Origin: Felis catus
Taxonomy: Eukaryota
Direction: 5' to 3'
DNA: 64,000 bases
NCBI RefSeq assembly: GCF_018350175.1
Contig: NC_058373.1
Coordinates: forward strand, 109,432,001-109,496,000
Part shown: one piece after another, positions 1-13,435 of the stretch
Position numbering within the stretch: the stretch's first letter is position 1
Layout of the letters: the number at the start of each line of letters is the position of its first letter
Program-made: the position numbers and the translations under genes
The notes under the pieces: model-generated
The model's input: only the letters and a program-made list of their open reading frames with translations
Told to the model about the DNA's origin: nothing
Database searches by the model: none

Positions 1-109
1 GGCTGCTCTACAAATCCATGCCTTCAGCATTGCTGGCCCACGTTATGCATCAGATACTGTGTTGTTTGTGGGTCAACTCAGAGCACAACCATAGTTTCCA
101 ATGAACCAC

Positions 110-870
110 CAGTCTTCGGATATCTCCAGCCCAGACCTCCCCTGAGCTGCCATTCCACATGGAGCACAGCCTACTGTACATCTTCACTTGGATGTCTCAC
201 AGGCATCTTAACCTGTACCTGCCAAACAGCACACTTGACATTCTCCTCCATTCTTTCTCTGTTTTAATAAATGTTGAATCTTCCAGTTGGCTCAGGGAGA
301 AACATGGTTGTCACCTCTGCATCTTCCATCTTATCTTCCACCTTCTACCAACAGCCAATCAGTTATCAAGTCCTGCTAGCTCTCACCTCTAAATATCTTC
401 ATCTACTTCCTCATGTCCATCCAAGAGAGGCAAGTTAGCTTACTAATTAAGATCATGAATGATGGAATCAGAATACTTGGATTGAAATCCAAGTTCCAAA
501 CTCATAACTGTGTAGCCTTGGACACGTTACGTTGCCTCATTGTGCCTCAGTTTCCTCATCTATAAAATTGCGACAAATAATAGTATCTACTCCATATGAT
601 TCTTATAGTAAGTACTCAATAAATATTAAGTATTACTGTCTCCTTTGCCACCACTCCAGTCTAAATCACCATCACCACTCACATAGACCAGCCTTTTGTT
701 GATCTCCCTAATTCCACATTTGTACCTCTCTAACCAATACAAGAACTAAGTGATCTTTATTAAAAACACTTGTAAGTATCTCAGTCCTCCATTTAATGTG
801 TTCCAGTAGCTTCCCATTGCCCTTGAAGACAATTCAAACATTTTTCCAAAGCCTACATGTTTCTGCATGA
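110..870 (+). mobile_element. Old L2 fragments interrupted by a MIR (~425-635)
   Basis: L2-like ctccagcccagacctc...cacttggatgtctcacaggcatct, and MIR core gtgcctcagtttcctcatctataaaat. Confidence 0.65.
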
Positions 871-978
871 CATAGCCTAAGGTTTCTCCAACCTTTGACA
901 GCTGAAGACCACATAATGGGCAGTCAGCTGACACAGTGCTACAAATTTTAGGTCAAAAAAAAAAAAAAAGAAGAAGTG

Positions 979-1205
979 AGGGCACCTGGTTGGTTCAGTT
1001 GGTTGAGGGTCTGACTCTTGATTTCAGCTCAGGTCATGATCCCAGTCATGATCCCCATGGGAATAAGCCCTGCATCAGGCTCTGTGCTGTGCATGGAGTC
1101 TACTTCAGATTCTGTCCCTTTCTCCCTATGCCCCTCTCCCTTGCTCATGCTCTTTCTCTAAAATTAAAAAAATTTTAAATTTTTTAAAAATTAAAAATAA
1201 AAAAT
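979..1205 (+). mobile_element. Can-SINE
   Basis: gggcacctggttggttcag head, CTCAGGTCATGATC motif (locally duplicated), AT-rich tail. Confidence 0.9.
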
Positions 1206-2124
1206 CAAAGACTCAATCCAATATTAAAAAATAAAAATACAGTTTAAAAATAAAAATGAAAGTGGTTACACGTAAGCAAGAGGTAGTATAATTGTTTGCA
1301 ATTTTTCACCAAAGCATCTAGCTCTATGTCAACTTACATCAGTTTCTATCCACATGGAAATAAGATGGGTTTTTTTCCTATTTTCTATTTCTAAGAAATT
1401 TTAAAATTCCAAAATACAAGTGTAAACATCAGGAATGGCAATCTAGGATGGATCTTCAGACAGCTCACAACTGAATTTTTCACCAAAGATTCCTTTAAAG
1501 CTCTGTCAGATGCTGAGTCAAGGAACACAGCACACACAAAAGCAGAAAGGTTAGCAACTTGATCCAGTTCTCTCAACTAACTCTGACAGCATCCAATTCT
1601 AACAGCATTTCTTCAGGTAGCATTTAGATACGGTTTTCAGATATACCCCTATAACACATAATTAGTTTTTCCTGGGACTAGTGAAGAATATGATCATGTG
1701 CTGGGAAAAAATTCACATTCTCAGCAACGGAGCTCTTTTCACTGTAGGTCAATCTTAGAGCAAACTCTGTCATTTTACCTTCAACATTTAAAATCTTGAT
1801 ATGCCAGCTTTCAAATAATGGATCAGACTGTTTAAGGTTCTGTTATCAGTAATATGTACCATTTGAGCAAACCACTTGAAAACTTATGTCAATGACATAA
1901 AGCTGTCATTATCAGATCATCATGAAGAAATATTTTTATCTCTTCCCTCATTGCAAATGCTTGTGAACACCTTCCTTCTCACCAACAATTCTCCTTCTAT
2001 CTCCTGTATCATTTTTCCCCTTTTTATTAGGTCATTCATATTAGCATAAAAACTATGCGGGTCTTCCTTCCTTTCAAAGATAAAAATCTGATTTCTCTTT
2101 GAAACCTCTCCAGTCAGGTCCAGT

Positions 2125-2138
2125 AATGTTTATTTACT

Positions 2139-2183
<45 letters not shown>

Positions 2184-2345
2184 GCAGGGGAGGGGTAAAG
2201 AGAGAAGGAGACACAGAATCCAAAGCAGGCTCCAGGGTCTGAGCTGTCAGCACTGAGCCCAATGCGGGGCTCGAACTCAGCAAACCTCGAGATCATGACC
2301 TGAGCTGAAGTTGGACGTTTAACCAACTGAGCCACCCAGGCACTT
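2125..2345 (-). mobile_element. Can-SINE with (GA)n tract
   Basis: Reverse-complement SINE: tttatttac, (GA)n, gatcatgacctgagc, ctgagccacccagg. Confidence 0.93.
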
Positions 2346-3949
2346 CCAAGTGTGCAAAATTTCTCAGCACAGCGCCTAACATATAAAAAGATCAATGTCT
2401 CTTTTCTTCTTCCTCCTTGATCACAGGAAGAGTTACTTGCTCAATCTGGTAAAGGTTGAGCAGGGCTGGAAAAGGATTTTACTTCACATGCTACCCAGTT
2501 TGTGGTAGATGGCTGGAGCACTGGGTTGAGAAGGTTTTGATGGCCATGTTGTCAGCTAGAACTTGCACCATGATGACATCTACCCTGGCATTGGGTGGGG
2601 GAGGGGTGGGGATGGTGGTGTCTGAGCAGAACCTACCTTCTTGGTTTTAATGGCTTACTCTACTGCCTCATGGAAGAACCTTCTATTTCTCAAAATGCTT
2701 GTGTGATTTTTCTTGCATAACTGTGAGAGGAGCTATGTTATACCAGCATCAATTGTAGAATTATTTCTGAGCTTAAGGAAAGACATAAGGAAAGACAGCA
2801 GAAAATCTATATTTCTACAAAGGCTTATCAAGACAATTGAGCTGTCACTCCATTTTATGGAGTCTGCCTCTTTCAGCATATTTCAGTATATTCAGGGTCT
2901 AAAACCATGGAAGGTTAGCTAATCAGGCTTCACAAATACCATCTCCTCAAGCAGATTTTGAAGGCCTACATTTACTCTAAGGGAGCTTTTCCCAACGACG
3001 TAGAGAAAATTTCAACATTTTTTTAAAAAGATCTTCAATCCAGAATAATTTAGGATTAAGCATTGTATTGGTTCCAGTTGGGTAAAAGAAATACTAAGAA
3101 AAGTGCAGGAGACAGATGTTAACTGAAGAAAAGAACGTTAGAAATGAATATAATTATTCTCCCAAGATACTAGGTTATTCATCAAGTTGACTTGGCCTAG
3201 TAACAGTATCTTACATTTTCATGGCATAGAGAATGTGATATCTAAATTTTTTAAAATATGTATTATGCCCAAAATATATTTTGGAGGAAAGAAAGAGGGG
3301 GAAAACGGTACATAGTTCTTTTTTTTTTTTAAGTTGGTATCAAAGACAGCAACTTATCTGACAATAAGCTTTTATATCCAGAGTAGAAGGAAATAAATGT
3401 TTCCTATTATGTGCCAAATTTATCTACTGGAAAAAAGAAAACGAAAATTAAACCAAACAAAGTGTTACATGGCTCCTGTTCTATATCAAATCATGAAACA
3501 TGTAGCTAAAGATATCATCACAACACCCAAGTGGTTTTCCAGTTTTACCCATAGTCCTGGTCCTGCTGTGGTTATACGAACAATAGGCATGAACACATAC
3601 AGGGGAGAAGGGTATTTAACAGTCATCTGGATTCAGGAATCATTGAAAACAGCTGCAGAGATGATACACCAAGAGGTATGGTGCTTTATCAATACCTTCA
3701 GTAAGAACAAGGAAGTATTGATAATGACCTAAAGTGCGAGAGTTCAGAGACTGATAGGCTACTCCACATGGTTCACAGGATCACCACAAACAACCTAAAG
3801 GAGGCTTGGATTGGAGGGCAGAGCACTGAACATCACTACAGCTTTACAAACTCTTAAATGAAAAGCCAAAGATTATCATTGGAGGGTGGAAATCGGGTGT
3901 AGGACACTCCTTGTTTGTGACTCACCATGATTCTAAACACATCCAGGTA

Positions 3950-4170
3950 AACAGTGTGGGTTCTATGGCCAGAGTGCCAGTGTGAATCACAGTTCTGTCA
4001 CTTCTCAGCTGTGCCAACTTTATCTCTCTGTGTCTTGGTGGCCTCATCTGCAAGATGAGAATTTAATGGTACTTATCTCATACAGTTGTGGTAAGGATGA
4101 AATATGCTAACATATGCTAATATATAATATGTACTGGATTATGATTATTATCATTACAACTATAAGTAGT
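3950..4170 (+). mobile_element. MIR fragment
   Basis: MIR-core-like ctcatctgcaagatgagaat...atctcatacagttgtggtaaggatgaaat. Confidence 0.65.
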
Positions 4171-4627
4171 AATATTATTATTACTATTTTTTTTACTCCC
4201 CTTCCTAACCAGGTATGGAGCCCAACTGGCTTAAGCCCATCAGCATACCTCACTTAACCCAAGTCAGAGAGAAGCTTGGCCCCTTGTATAGGAAATACCG
4301 AGGTATACACTCTCTTCCCTACCAGGCTAGGTAGCTGAAGAAGTCAAATTCATATCCCTTGTGGCTGGAGAGTGTCCGGGAGATGCTAGAGGCCAACTTA
4401 TAGGCCCTGAGGATAGAGCCCACCAGAAGTAGGAAGCCAAGAATGAATCCTAGTGGCAACATTAAGTGCTAGGTCAACCAAACCCAAAACCAGCTTCCCT
4501 AGAATATTGGGTTACATAACTGTAAATCTTTTGTAGCATACACTAATTTGGATCTAATTTTGTTTCTTAGATCTTGTATATACCTATGATTAAATTTATA
4601 GAGATGTTATTAATACATCTTTATTTA

Positions 4628-4811
4628 GGGGCGCCTGGGTGGCTCAGTTGGTTAAGCCGAGACTTCGGCTCAGGTCATGATCTCATGGTTCGTGGGTTCA
4701 AGCCCTGCATCGGGCTCTGTGCAGACATGCTCAATGTCTGGAGCCTGTCTCCGATTCTATGTCTTCCTCTCTCTCTTCCCTCCCCTGCTCGTGCTCTGTC
4801 TCTGTCTCTCT
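4628..4811 (+). mobile_element. Can-SINE lacking its A-tail
   Basis: ggggcgcctgggtggctcag head; the sequence breaks off after the CT tract. Confidence 0.9.
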
Positions 4812-4921
4812 GGGGAGGGAAGGGGGGACATTTAAAAGACAAAGAGCTATTATTTGATGAGGATTCTCTCAGAGTCTACACAAATGGGGGCTTCGTGACT
4901 TGCATCTAGTTCTTAACCATA

Positions 4922-5270
4922 TATCTTAGTCCATTTGGGCTGCTATTACAGGATACCATAGACTGTTACAAACAACAGAAATGTATTCCTCACAGTCCTG
5001 GAGATTGGCAAGTCCAAGATTTAGGCACCGGCAGATTTGGTATCTGGTGGAAACCTGCTTCCTGGTTCATGAACTGCTGTCTTCTCTCTTCACAAGGTAG
5101 AAGGGTCAAGGGAACTCTTCGGGGCCTCTTTTATAAGGTACTAATCTCACTCATGAGGGCTTCACCCTCATGACCTAATCACCTCTTAAAGGCCCCACTT
5201 CTTAATACCATCACATTGAGTTTCTACCTGTAAATTGGGGGTGGGGGGCGGTAATAAACACTCCGTCCGT
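4922..5270 (-). mobile_element. MaLR (MLT1-like) solo LTR
   Basis: tcttagtccatttgggctgctat...ccatagactg...aagtccaagat...catgacctaatcacctc is characteristic of reverse-oriented MLT1. Confidence 0.8.
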
Positions 5271-5439
5271 ACTTAATGTAAACATGTAAAAAGGCACAAA
5301 TTTGAAGAGCAACTTCAACTCAAATTATAATCACATGCGCCCCGAACGCTACTCCAGCATTTCACAGCTTTGTTAAACAAGTCTTCTCTACATGCATTGT
5401 CTGAAACATCACGTGACAGTTTATCCAAGACTTCCCCAC

Positions 5440-6125
5440 TGCTTTCAGGCCCTAGTCAGGGCTCTTGCAAGTGCAAGTAATAGAAATCCATCCCAAGTCA
5501 ATTTAAACCAACAAGATAATGCAATGGCTCGTTCAAAAGGGAAATTCAGAGCTATGCTAGGAATAGTTACATCCAAGAGCTCAAGTTATGTGATCAGGAA
5601 TCTGTTTTTCTCTCTTTCACCCATATTTTTCTTTAGTATAAGGGCAAAAAGCATGCGCTCTAGAAGCAGGCTGCCATATTTAGAATCCTGGATCCACCAC
5701 TAACCAAATCAGCTGAGTTCACTTTGCCTCTGCTTTTTTATCATAAAAATGGAGAAAATAATAATATTCACCTCATAGATTTGGGAGGAGGATTAAATGA
5801 GTTAAAAATATAAACTACTTTATCATCATCATTATTGTCAGCATCAGGTGGGATCTTTCCACCTGGTGATCCTTATGCGATGATTAGTGAGAGAAATTGC
5901 AGAGGAGAAGAGCACCTGTTTCCAGAAAGCATCCATCAGTGAAAGCCCCAGAGATCATTCTTATTTGCCACACCTGGATCGTGTACCCACTCCTACACTA
6001 GATGGTGGGGTTAGCCTGAGCTGAACAACTTGGACTGAAGGTAGAAGGTAGAAGGAAAATTGGAGTGCCATTACCAAAAAAGGAAAGAGACATTAGATTG
6101 GCAAAAGCAACAAATGTCCACTACA
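5440..6125. mobile_element. Old MaLR-like LTR remnant with an internal MIR (~5625-5840)
   Basis: ttgcaagt...agaaatcca start and caacaaatgtccactaca end; MIR core aaaatggagaaaataataata...gaggattaaatgag. Confidence 0.55.
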
Positions 6126-9100
6126 ATGCCAGCTACAATACCCTAAGTATTCAAATAGTAAATAATAGTAGTTGCTGTTTTATACAGTGAACAATAGCAT
6201 TCATGAAAAGGGCACAGCCTCTGAGCCATGTTGTGAAGAAAATTCCTTTATTGTTGAAGAAGTTGGATTTGATAATGATAAAAAGGCCCTTCCAGGCTCG
6301 AGATTGAGGTCTTGAAAGATTTTGAGACATAATAAAAAATAAAAGTAAGACAGAAATAAATCTTCGGGCATCTACAGAACGGGCAGCAATTATCACGAAG
6401 TCTCCACTTTTGAGATAACAAACAAAGGACAGTATTGAGCGTTTGCTTTAATTGGAATTAGCCATGAATGCTTTAGAGATGTGGGCAGTTTTGAAGGATC
6501 ACCTTCTTTTCAATATGAAAGAACAAAATAAGGTTGGATAAAAGCTTGCATATGTGAAATTTACAAAAACAAAACCATTTTAAGCACATTACCGATTTTC
6601 TCATTATAAAGTCAGTCAAGATTATATTATTTTATCATCAAAATTGCAGTATAAAGAAGTTACCTTTAGACTTTCAGAGTAGACAAAAGAGATATACATC
6701 TCACGAAATGGATTAAAAATTTTTTAATTTTCCCAAAAGTGAGGTAAAGTACAAAATAATTTCCAAACATAATATGATCGAAAACAATTGAAGCAAATTA
6801 AAACCCACTAACATTGTTGAAAATACCCACAGTGCTTTTAATAAAGTCAGCACAATAGTGAATAGAAAATTCACAAAAAAGAAAATTTCATAAAATTGTC
6901 CAGAAGATAAACACTTTGCAAGAATTCTCCATCTTGACAATAAGAAGGGAGTCTTTTCCAGGGCACTCAACCTGAAAGCCCTGTGTCTTCTCACATAATG
7001 ACTCTGCCTACCTTCTTCTGCCCCTGGTTGCTGGGGTAACAATCACAGAAGACATTGTCTTCCTTCCTTGGTCCTGGGGGTTTTCACAGATTTGTTTGAA
7101 GCTGTCTTCTTTCTCCTCTCTCTTCCACTTATCCTACTGGGATTTGGTTTCCAGATCTTTCTTCTCAGGCCCTATCACGCACAAACACCAAATCTGAGAT
7201 CTGAGCTGAGGTCTCATTTAAGCACTGGTAGGCTTTCTGTCTCTCTTTATTGATGCAGGTGATTTCTAGATGCAAATTAATTAGCAAAGGAGCTGTTCGG
7301 GAAGTGTGATCAGACACATTAAATACACAGAGTAGAATCACATTTCCCTCTGCATTTAGTGTCTCACCCACAAGGAGTTGATCGGTAACCTGCAGGCCCT
7401 CAGGAGGATTCATTTATGGGTTTAATTCAGTCACAACAACCAAAACACCTCCTTGTATACAGCAGAGTCCCATGTACCCTGCTGTTGTTGAGGTGCCCTT
7501 CAAGTCCTCAATCTTTGTGTTACTTTTTCATGTAATAACAATGCATCCTAAGTGGAGGGCAAATTTGGAGTTGTTTTTCTAGCAGAGGTGAAGATTTACA
7601 CGAATCTTTCTCGCTTTGCCCAATAGATCCCACATGTAAAAGGGCAATAAGATGTGGCAGGGCCCTAAGCACACAAAAGTTCAGCCTGTGGCAGTGACAC
7701 TGATGCTTTCCCACTCAGACAATGACCAATCCAATGACCTTGGGCATCTTGGGCCTGTATCACTAACAAATTGAAATAATCATCAAAGATCTTTGAAGAG
7801 GTAGAAGATCTGTATGCTTGAAAACTATAGAAAGCTTATGAAAGAAATTGAAGAAGACACAAAGAAATGGAAAAACATTCCATGCTCCTGGATAGGAAGA
7901 ACAAGTATTCTTAAAATGTCAACATTACCCAGAAGAATCTACACATTCAGTGCAATGCCTATCAAAATAACGCCAGCATTCTTCACAGAGCTAGAACAAA
8001 CAATTCTAAAATTTGAATGAAACCATAAAAGACCCCAAATAGCAAAAGCAACCCAGAAAAAAGAAAACCAAAGCCAGAGGCATCACAATCCCAGACTTCA
8101 AGCTGTATTACAAAGCTGTAATCATCAAGACAGGATGGTACTGGCACAAAAATGGACACATAGATCAATGGAACAGAATGGAGAGCCCAGAAATGGACCC
8201 ACAAACGTATGGCCAATTAATCTTTGACAAAGCAGGAAGGAATATCCAAAGGAAAAAAGACAGTCTGTTCAGCAAATGGTGTTGAGAAAACTGGACAGCA
8301 ACATGCAGAAGAATGAACCTGGACCACTTTCTTACATCATGCACAAAAATAAACTCAAAATGGATGAAAGACCTAACTGTGAGACAGGAAACCATCAAAA
8401 TCCTAGAGGAGAAAACAGGCAACAACCTCTTCCACCTCGGCCGCAGCAAGTTCTTACTCAATGCATCTCCGGAGGCAAGGGGAACAAAAGCAAAAATGAA
8501 CTATTGGAACCTCATCAAGATAAAAAGCTTCTGCACAGCAAAGGAAGCATTCAATAAAACTAAAAGGCAACTGACGGAATGAGAGAAGATATTTATAAAT
8601 GACATATCAGACAATGGGTTAGTATCCAAAATCTATAAAGAACTTACCAAATTCAACACCCAAAAGACAAATAATCCAGTGAAGAAATGGGCAGAAGACA
8701 TAAACAGCCACTCTTTCAAAGAAGACATCCAGATGGCTAACAGACACATGAAAAAATGCTCAACATCACTCATCATCAAGGAAATCCAAATCAAAACCAC
8801 AATGAGATACCACCTCACACATGTCAGAATGGCTGAAATTAGCAACTCAGGCAACGACAGATGTTGGTGAGGATGAGGAGAAAGGGGAACCCTCTTGCAC
8901 TGTTGGTGGGAATGCGAGCTGGTGCAGCCACTCTGGAAAACAGTATGGAGGTTCTCAAAAAATTAAAACTAGAACTACCCTATGACCCAGAAATTGCACT
9001 ACTAGTTATTTATCCAAAGGATACAAAAATGCTGATCCAAAGGGGCACATGTACCCCAATGTTTATGGCAGTGCTATCAACAATAGCCAAACTGTGGAAA

Positions 9101-9561
9101 GAGCCCAAATGTCCATCGACTGATGAATGCATAAAGATGTGGTATCTATATTTACAAGGAATATTACTTGGTGATCAAAAAGAATGAAATCTTGCCATTT
9201 GCAACAGTGAGGTTGGAACTAGAATGTATTACGGTAAATGAAATAAGTCAGTCAGAAAAAGATAAATATTATATGATTTCACTCATGTGGAATTTAAGAA
9301 ACAAAACAGATGAACATAGGGGAAGAGAAGGAAAAATAAGATAAAAACACAGAGGGAGGCAAACCATAAAAGACTCTTAAATACAGAGAACAAATTGAGA
9401 GCTTCTAGAGGGGTGTTGGGTGGGAGGATGGGCTAAATGGGTGATGGGCATTAAGGAGGGCACCTGTTGGGATGAGTAGTAGGTGTTATACGTAAGTGAT
9501 GAATCACTGAATTCTATTCCTGAAACTATTATTTCACTACATATTAACTACTTTGAATTTA

Positions 9562-9780
9562 TTTAAAATTTTTTTTTCAACGTTTATTTATTTTTGGGAC
9601 AGAGAGAGACAGAGCATGAACGGGGGAGGGGCAGAGAGAGAGGGAGACACAGCATCGGAAACAGGCTCCAGGCTCTGAGCCATCAGCCCAGAGCCTGACG
9701 TGGGGCTCGAACTCACGGACCGCGAGATCGTGACCTGGCTGAAGTCGGACGTTTAACTGACTGTGCCACCCAGGCGCCCC
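9562..9780 (-). mobile_element. Young felid-type Can-SINE inserted in the L1 3' end
   Basis: Reverse-complement SINE ending CCCAGGCGCCCC; perfect 19-bp TSD ATTAACTACTTTGAATTTA at 9543-9561 and 9781-9799. Confidence 0.95.
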
Positions 9781-9827
9781 ATTAACTACTTTGAATTTAA
9801 ATAAAATTTTAAAAAATAATTAATTGA

Positions 9828-10057
9828 GGGGCATCTGGGTGGCTCAGTCAGTTAAGCATCCAACTTCGGCTCAGGTCATGATCTCACAGTCCGTGAGTTC
9901 GAGCCCCACGTTGGGCTCTGTGCTGACAGCTCAGAGCCTGGAGCCTGTTTCAGATTCTGTGTCTCCCTTTCTCTCTGCCCCTCCCCTATTCACGCTCTGT
10001 CTCTGTCTCAAAAATAAATAAACGTTAAAAAAAATTAAAAAATAAATAAATAAAAAG
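9828..10057 (+). mobile_element. Can-SINE inserted in the L1 A-rich tail
   Basis: GGGGCATCTGGGTGGCTCAG head, CT-rich body and A-tail; TSD TAATTAATTGA at 9817-9827 and 10058-10068. Confidence 0.93.
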
Positions 10058-10410
10058 TAATTAATTGAAATTAAAAAAAAAAAGATCTTTGTTTGACTCC
10101 AAGATGGCTATTTCTACAAGCTATTCCTGCTCCATGGCCTTAACAGAGAGACAACTCAGCACCACCTCAACCTTAAACTTGTCTACCTTCCAAAACATAC
10201 CTCTTCAATCTGGAAAAGCAGGAATCAAAAAGGAAATTTCTTTCCAAACTTAACTGTCTCTAGATTTTCCAGTTAGTAGGAATTTGAAAGATTCCTAACC
10301 TCTGGGCTTCCATGGAGGGAGGCCAAATTTTTTTTCTAATAATCAGAGCATCCATAAGCCTGGAACAAAGCTTTGTATTCAGAATTAGGGTATGCAATAG
10401 TGAAATACAG

Positions 10411-10412
<2 letters not shown>

Positions 10413-10456
<44 letters not shown>
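10413..10456. repeat. (CA)n microsatellite
   Basis: Direct reading. Confidence 0.97.
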
Positions 10457-10460
<4 letters not shown>

Positions 10461-11115
10461 TACCATTACTGGCCAAATCAGCCTCTTCTGGGACAGAAAG
10501 AAGTCTCTACCTGCCTGAGATTCACAAGTAACTACTTCTATCAGAATTAAGAGATTTGGCAAAAAAAGAAAAATCCTCCAAGCAAGAAAAAAGGAAGCCA
10601 TTTCTAGAACTCTAAAAAGATCATATCCAAGAAAATGTGGCTGATAAATGATTATGATATCATATCACACGATATATGATTATAAAACGGGCAATAGCCA
10701 GAGGCTGAGTACAGGTGGTCTGACAAAAAAAAAAAAAAGGCACAGTTACATGAGGGTTCCTGATAATAATGACTCACCTTCCTTGGGAGCAGCTGTTCCA
10801 GTCCAGGTCAGTCCTAGGACAATCTGTTAAGTTTTAGCAGTGCTCCAACTGATGTTAAGGGTTAGGTCCTGTGGGAGATTTGGGTCAGAACTCCAAGAAC
10901 TACACAGCCCCTTTCTTCTCCCACCTGCCCACCACTAGAGTCCTGATTTCCACATTAGCCCTAGAGAGGGCTTCCTGTGGACCAGAGGGTGACTCGAGAC
11001 TGGGCTGGACATCTCAGAATCACCATAACCACAGCACATCTCACATTGCCGAGACTGGAGTCAAAACATTCTCCTACGTAGAGTCTAATCCAGAATCAGA
11101 ATATCTGATCCAATA

Positions 11116-11320
11116 GGGACGTCTGGATGGCTCAGTCGGTTAAGCATTTGGCTCAGGTCATGATCTCACAGTTTGTGAGTTCGAGCCCCGCATCAGGCTC
11201 TTTGCCATCGGTTCAGAGCCTGGAGACTGCCCTGGATTCTGTGTCTCCCTCTCTCTGTCCTGCTCACACTCTCTGTCTCTCAAAAAGTGAATAAATGTTA
11301 AAAAAAAAGAAAAAAAAAGA
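11116..11320 (+). mobile_element. Can-SINE
   Basis: Head, GTTCGAGCCC B-box-like motif, CT tract, A-tail. Confidence 0.9.
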
Positions 11321-12064
11321 ATATCTTCTCCGATTGCCTTATTTCCCTGTGCAACTTGCAGTTTCAAGCACAAAAGAAAAAAAAATAGGCAGGGGAGAAA
11401 ATTCTGGCCAGTTTTATTAAAGTCATACTAAAACTGAAAGCAATCAGAAAAGTCAGAAATTTTGGCAAAAGTGCTCTGTTGGCACTTGGGAAAATTCATG
11501 TGAAGCCAAAGCCCGGAGTACAAGAGGGAGCCAAGGAACTGAGATCTCAGAAAAAGCAGGAAATATCGCCCAACAAAATTTCACCACGTACTGGTAAGTT
11601 TGTGTGAACTTGGTGCTGGAGGTAAACCAATAATTAATGGCTACGAAACCACCACTCGATCATTCAAACGGCCCAAGATCCTTAGAGCACAGGCATCTGG
11701 TTGAGAACGTGTCAGCAAATGGTTTTCATACCACTTGTAAATTCATAACTACAAATTTTGGAATTAAAGTATGTTCTTGACCATTCTACCTGGACAAGGA
11801 AGGAGTCACAGTTCTGTGGACTCATGGACCCTAAAAGAACGAGGCTAAATTGTCTTTTCTTTCTTTAAATTCTGTTACTCTGGCTCAGGTCAGTCTTTCG
11901 ATATTTAAAAAGATTTATTCTCACATGCACAGTGTGATCCATATAATCATCAGACTAGTAAATTTTTAACTTTTTTGCCATTTTCCATAGGATGTCTCAA
12001 ACATTGTTTTTTAAATAAATATTCAATTTGGGAGCAGCAAACAGTGAAGAAACAAGTTTGTTTT

Positions 12065-12303
12065 TTTTTTTTAAAGATTTTTTTTTCAATGTTTATTTAT
12101 TTTTGGGACAGAGAGAGACAGAGCATGAACGGGGGAGGGGCAGAGAGAGAGGGAGACACAGAATCGGAAACAGGCTCCAGGCTCCGAGCCATCAGCCCAG
12201 AGCCTGACGCGGGGCTCGAACTCACAGACTGCAAGATCGGGACCGCGAGATGGTGACCTGGCTGAAGTCGGACGCTTAACCGACTGCGCCACCCAGGCGC
12301 CCC
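12065..12303 (-). mobile_element. Young felid-type Can-SINE with a 14-bp internal duplication
   Basis: CpG-rich SINE; 16-bp TSD GAAACAAGTTTGTTTT at 12049-12064 and 12304-12319. Confidence 0.95.
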
Positions 12304-13079
12304 GAAACAAGTTTGTTTTGAGAAACACAGCCAACATTCTCAATAGCCATGCCCCATCCTTGCATACAATTGGATCTGACAGATGTACCCATCCCTTGAG
12401 TTAGAGATAAAGGACCACAACTGGCAGCTTCCAGTCTCTTAAATGTCCCAATTTGTAGTCACATAGCAATTGGCATGAAGTTAAATATCTGTGTCTGATG
12501 GCATAAGGTTTAGGTTATACACAGATGTGACTAAATTTCACCCAATCCAACTTCTCAGTTCTCTTAGGCCACATGTTCAGTGGGCCAAGGCCTATCTGTA
12601 GCGTAAGAATACAGGCTGGGCAGCCGTTGTTCGAGAACTCCATATTTGAAGGGAATATTTACTCCATGCCATATTTACTGCCTGATCTCAGGGACGAGCT
12701 CAAAGTCAGAACCCCTTCAAAGTTCTGCCAAACACACATCAGCACAGTGTGTGCTCAAGTGGCCTTGTTCATCTTCAGTTTGGGGTTCTTAACACTGTCA
12801 ATCACTCCTTTACCTGCATAGATTCGTTTGGAGGCCACCCTCACACTTGAGGGTTTTTTTCCTGGAAGAAAAACGTAAGTTTTCAAGTTGCCCTTTTATT
12901 ATCCCATATGCCAGATGTTTCCAGTAGAACAATGAAAATAAAATTATATAAATCACATGCAGTCACAGGTGCCTTCAAATGCTCCCGCACAACACTCAAC
13001 ACAAAGAATCCAGCTTTCGTGCTGCTAGCATAACCTCAACCAACTAAACTATCTCTCTTACCTAAAACTACCTCTAAAC

Positions 13080-13435
13080 TCTTCAGGCTGTTTACCAGTA
13101 TTTGGCTCCCTCCTTCCTGGCACATGGTAGGATTATACTTCTGACCCTGTTGAACCTAGCAAGGGTATGTGATTTGCTTTGGTCAACAAATGCGAGCAGA
13201 AATGTCACCTTGAGAAGGAAGTTTTAGGAGCCAATGCCACTTGACCACATTAATTTCTTCCTCTGCCAAGGTGATCATCAATGTTCTCAATGTGGCTGCT
13301 CCACCAGTCTAGCTCCCTGAATGAGCATGACAAAAATATGCAAAATAGATAACAATGCGAGCAAGAAATACACGTGTTACTTTAAATAATTGAGGTTTGG
13401 GAGTTGTTTGTTATGGCAACACAGCCTAGGAAAAA
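13080..13435 (+). mobile_element. Old MaLR (MLT1-like) LTR
   Basis: gtgatttgctttggtcaacaaatg...gcagaaatg and terminal ttgggagttgtttgttatggcaacacagcctag. Confidence 0.65.

Larger units (their letters stand above)
7796..10080 (+). mobile_element. 5'-truncated carnivore LINE-1 (3' part of ORF2, 3' UTR and A-tail) with two nested SINEs
   Basis: ORF fragments [59 protein letters not shown] and WKEPKCPS are L1 ORF2 C-terminal motifs broken by stops and frameshifts. TSD AAAGATCTTTG at 7785-7795 and 10081-10091. Confidence 0.95.

Noticed and set aside
7814..9187. Cluster of overlapping ORFs resembling a gene
   Set aside because: Fragments of L1 ORF2 broken by stops and frameshifts; a dead retroelement, not a host gene.
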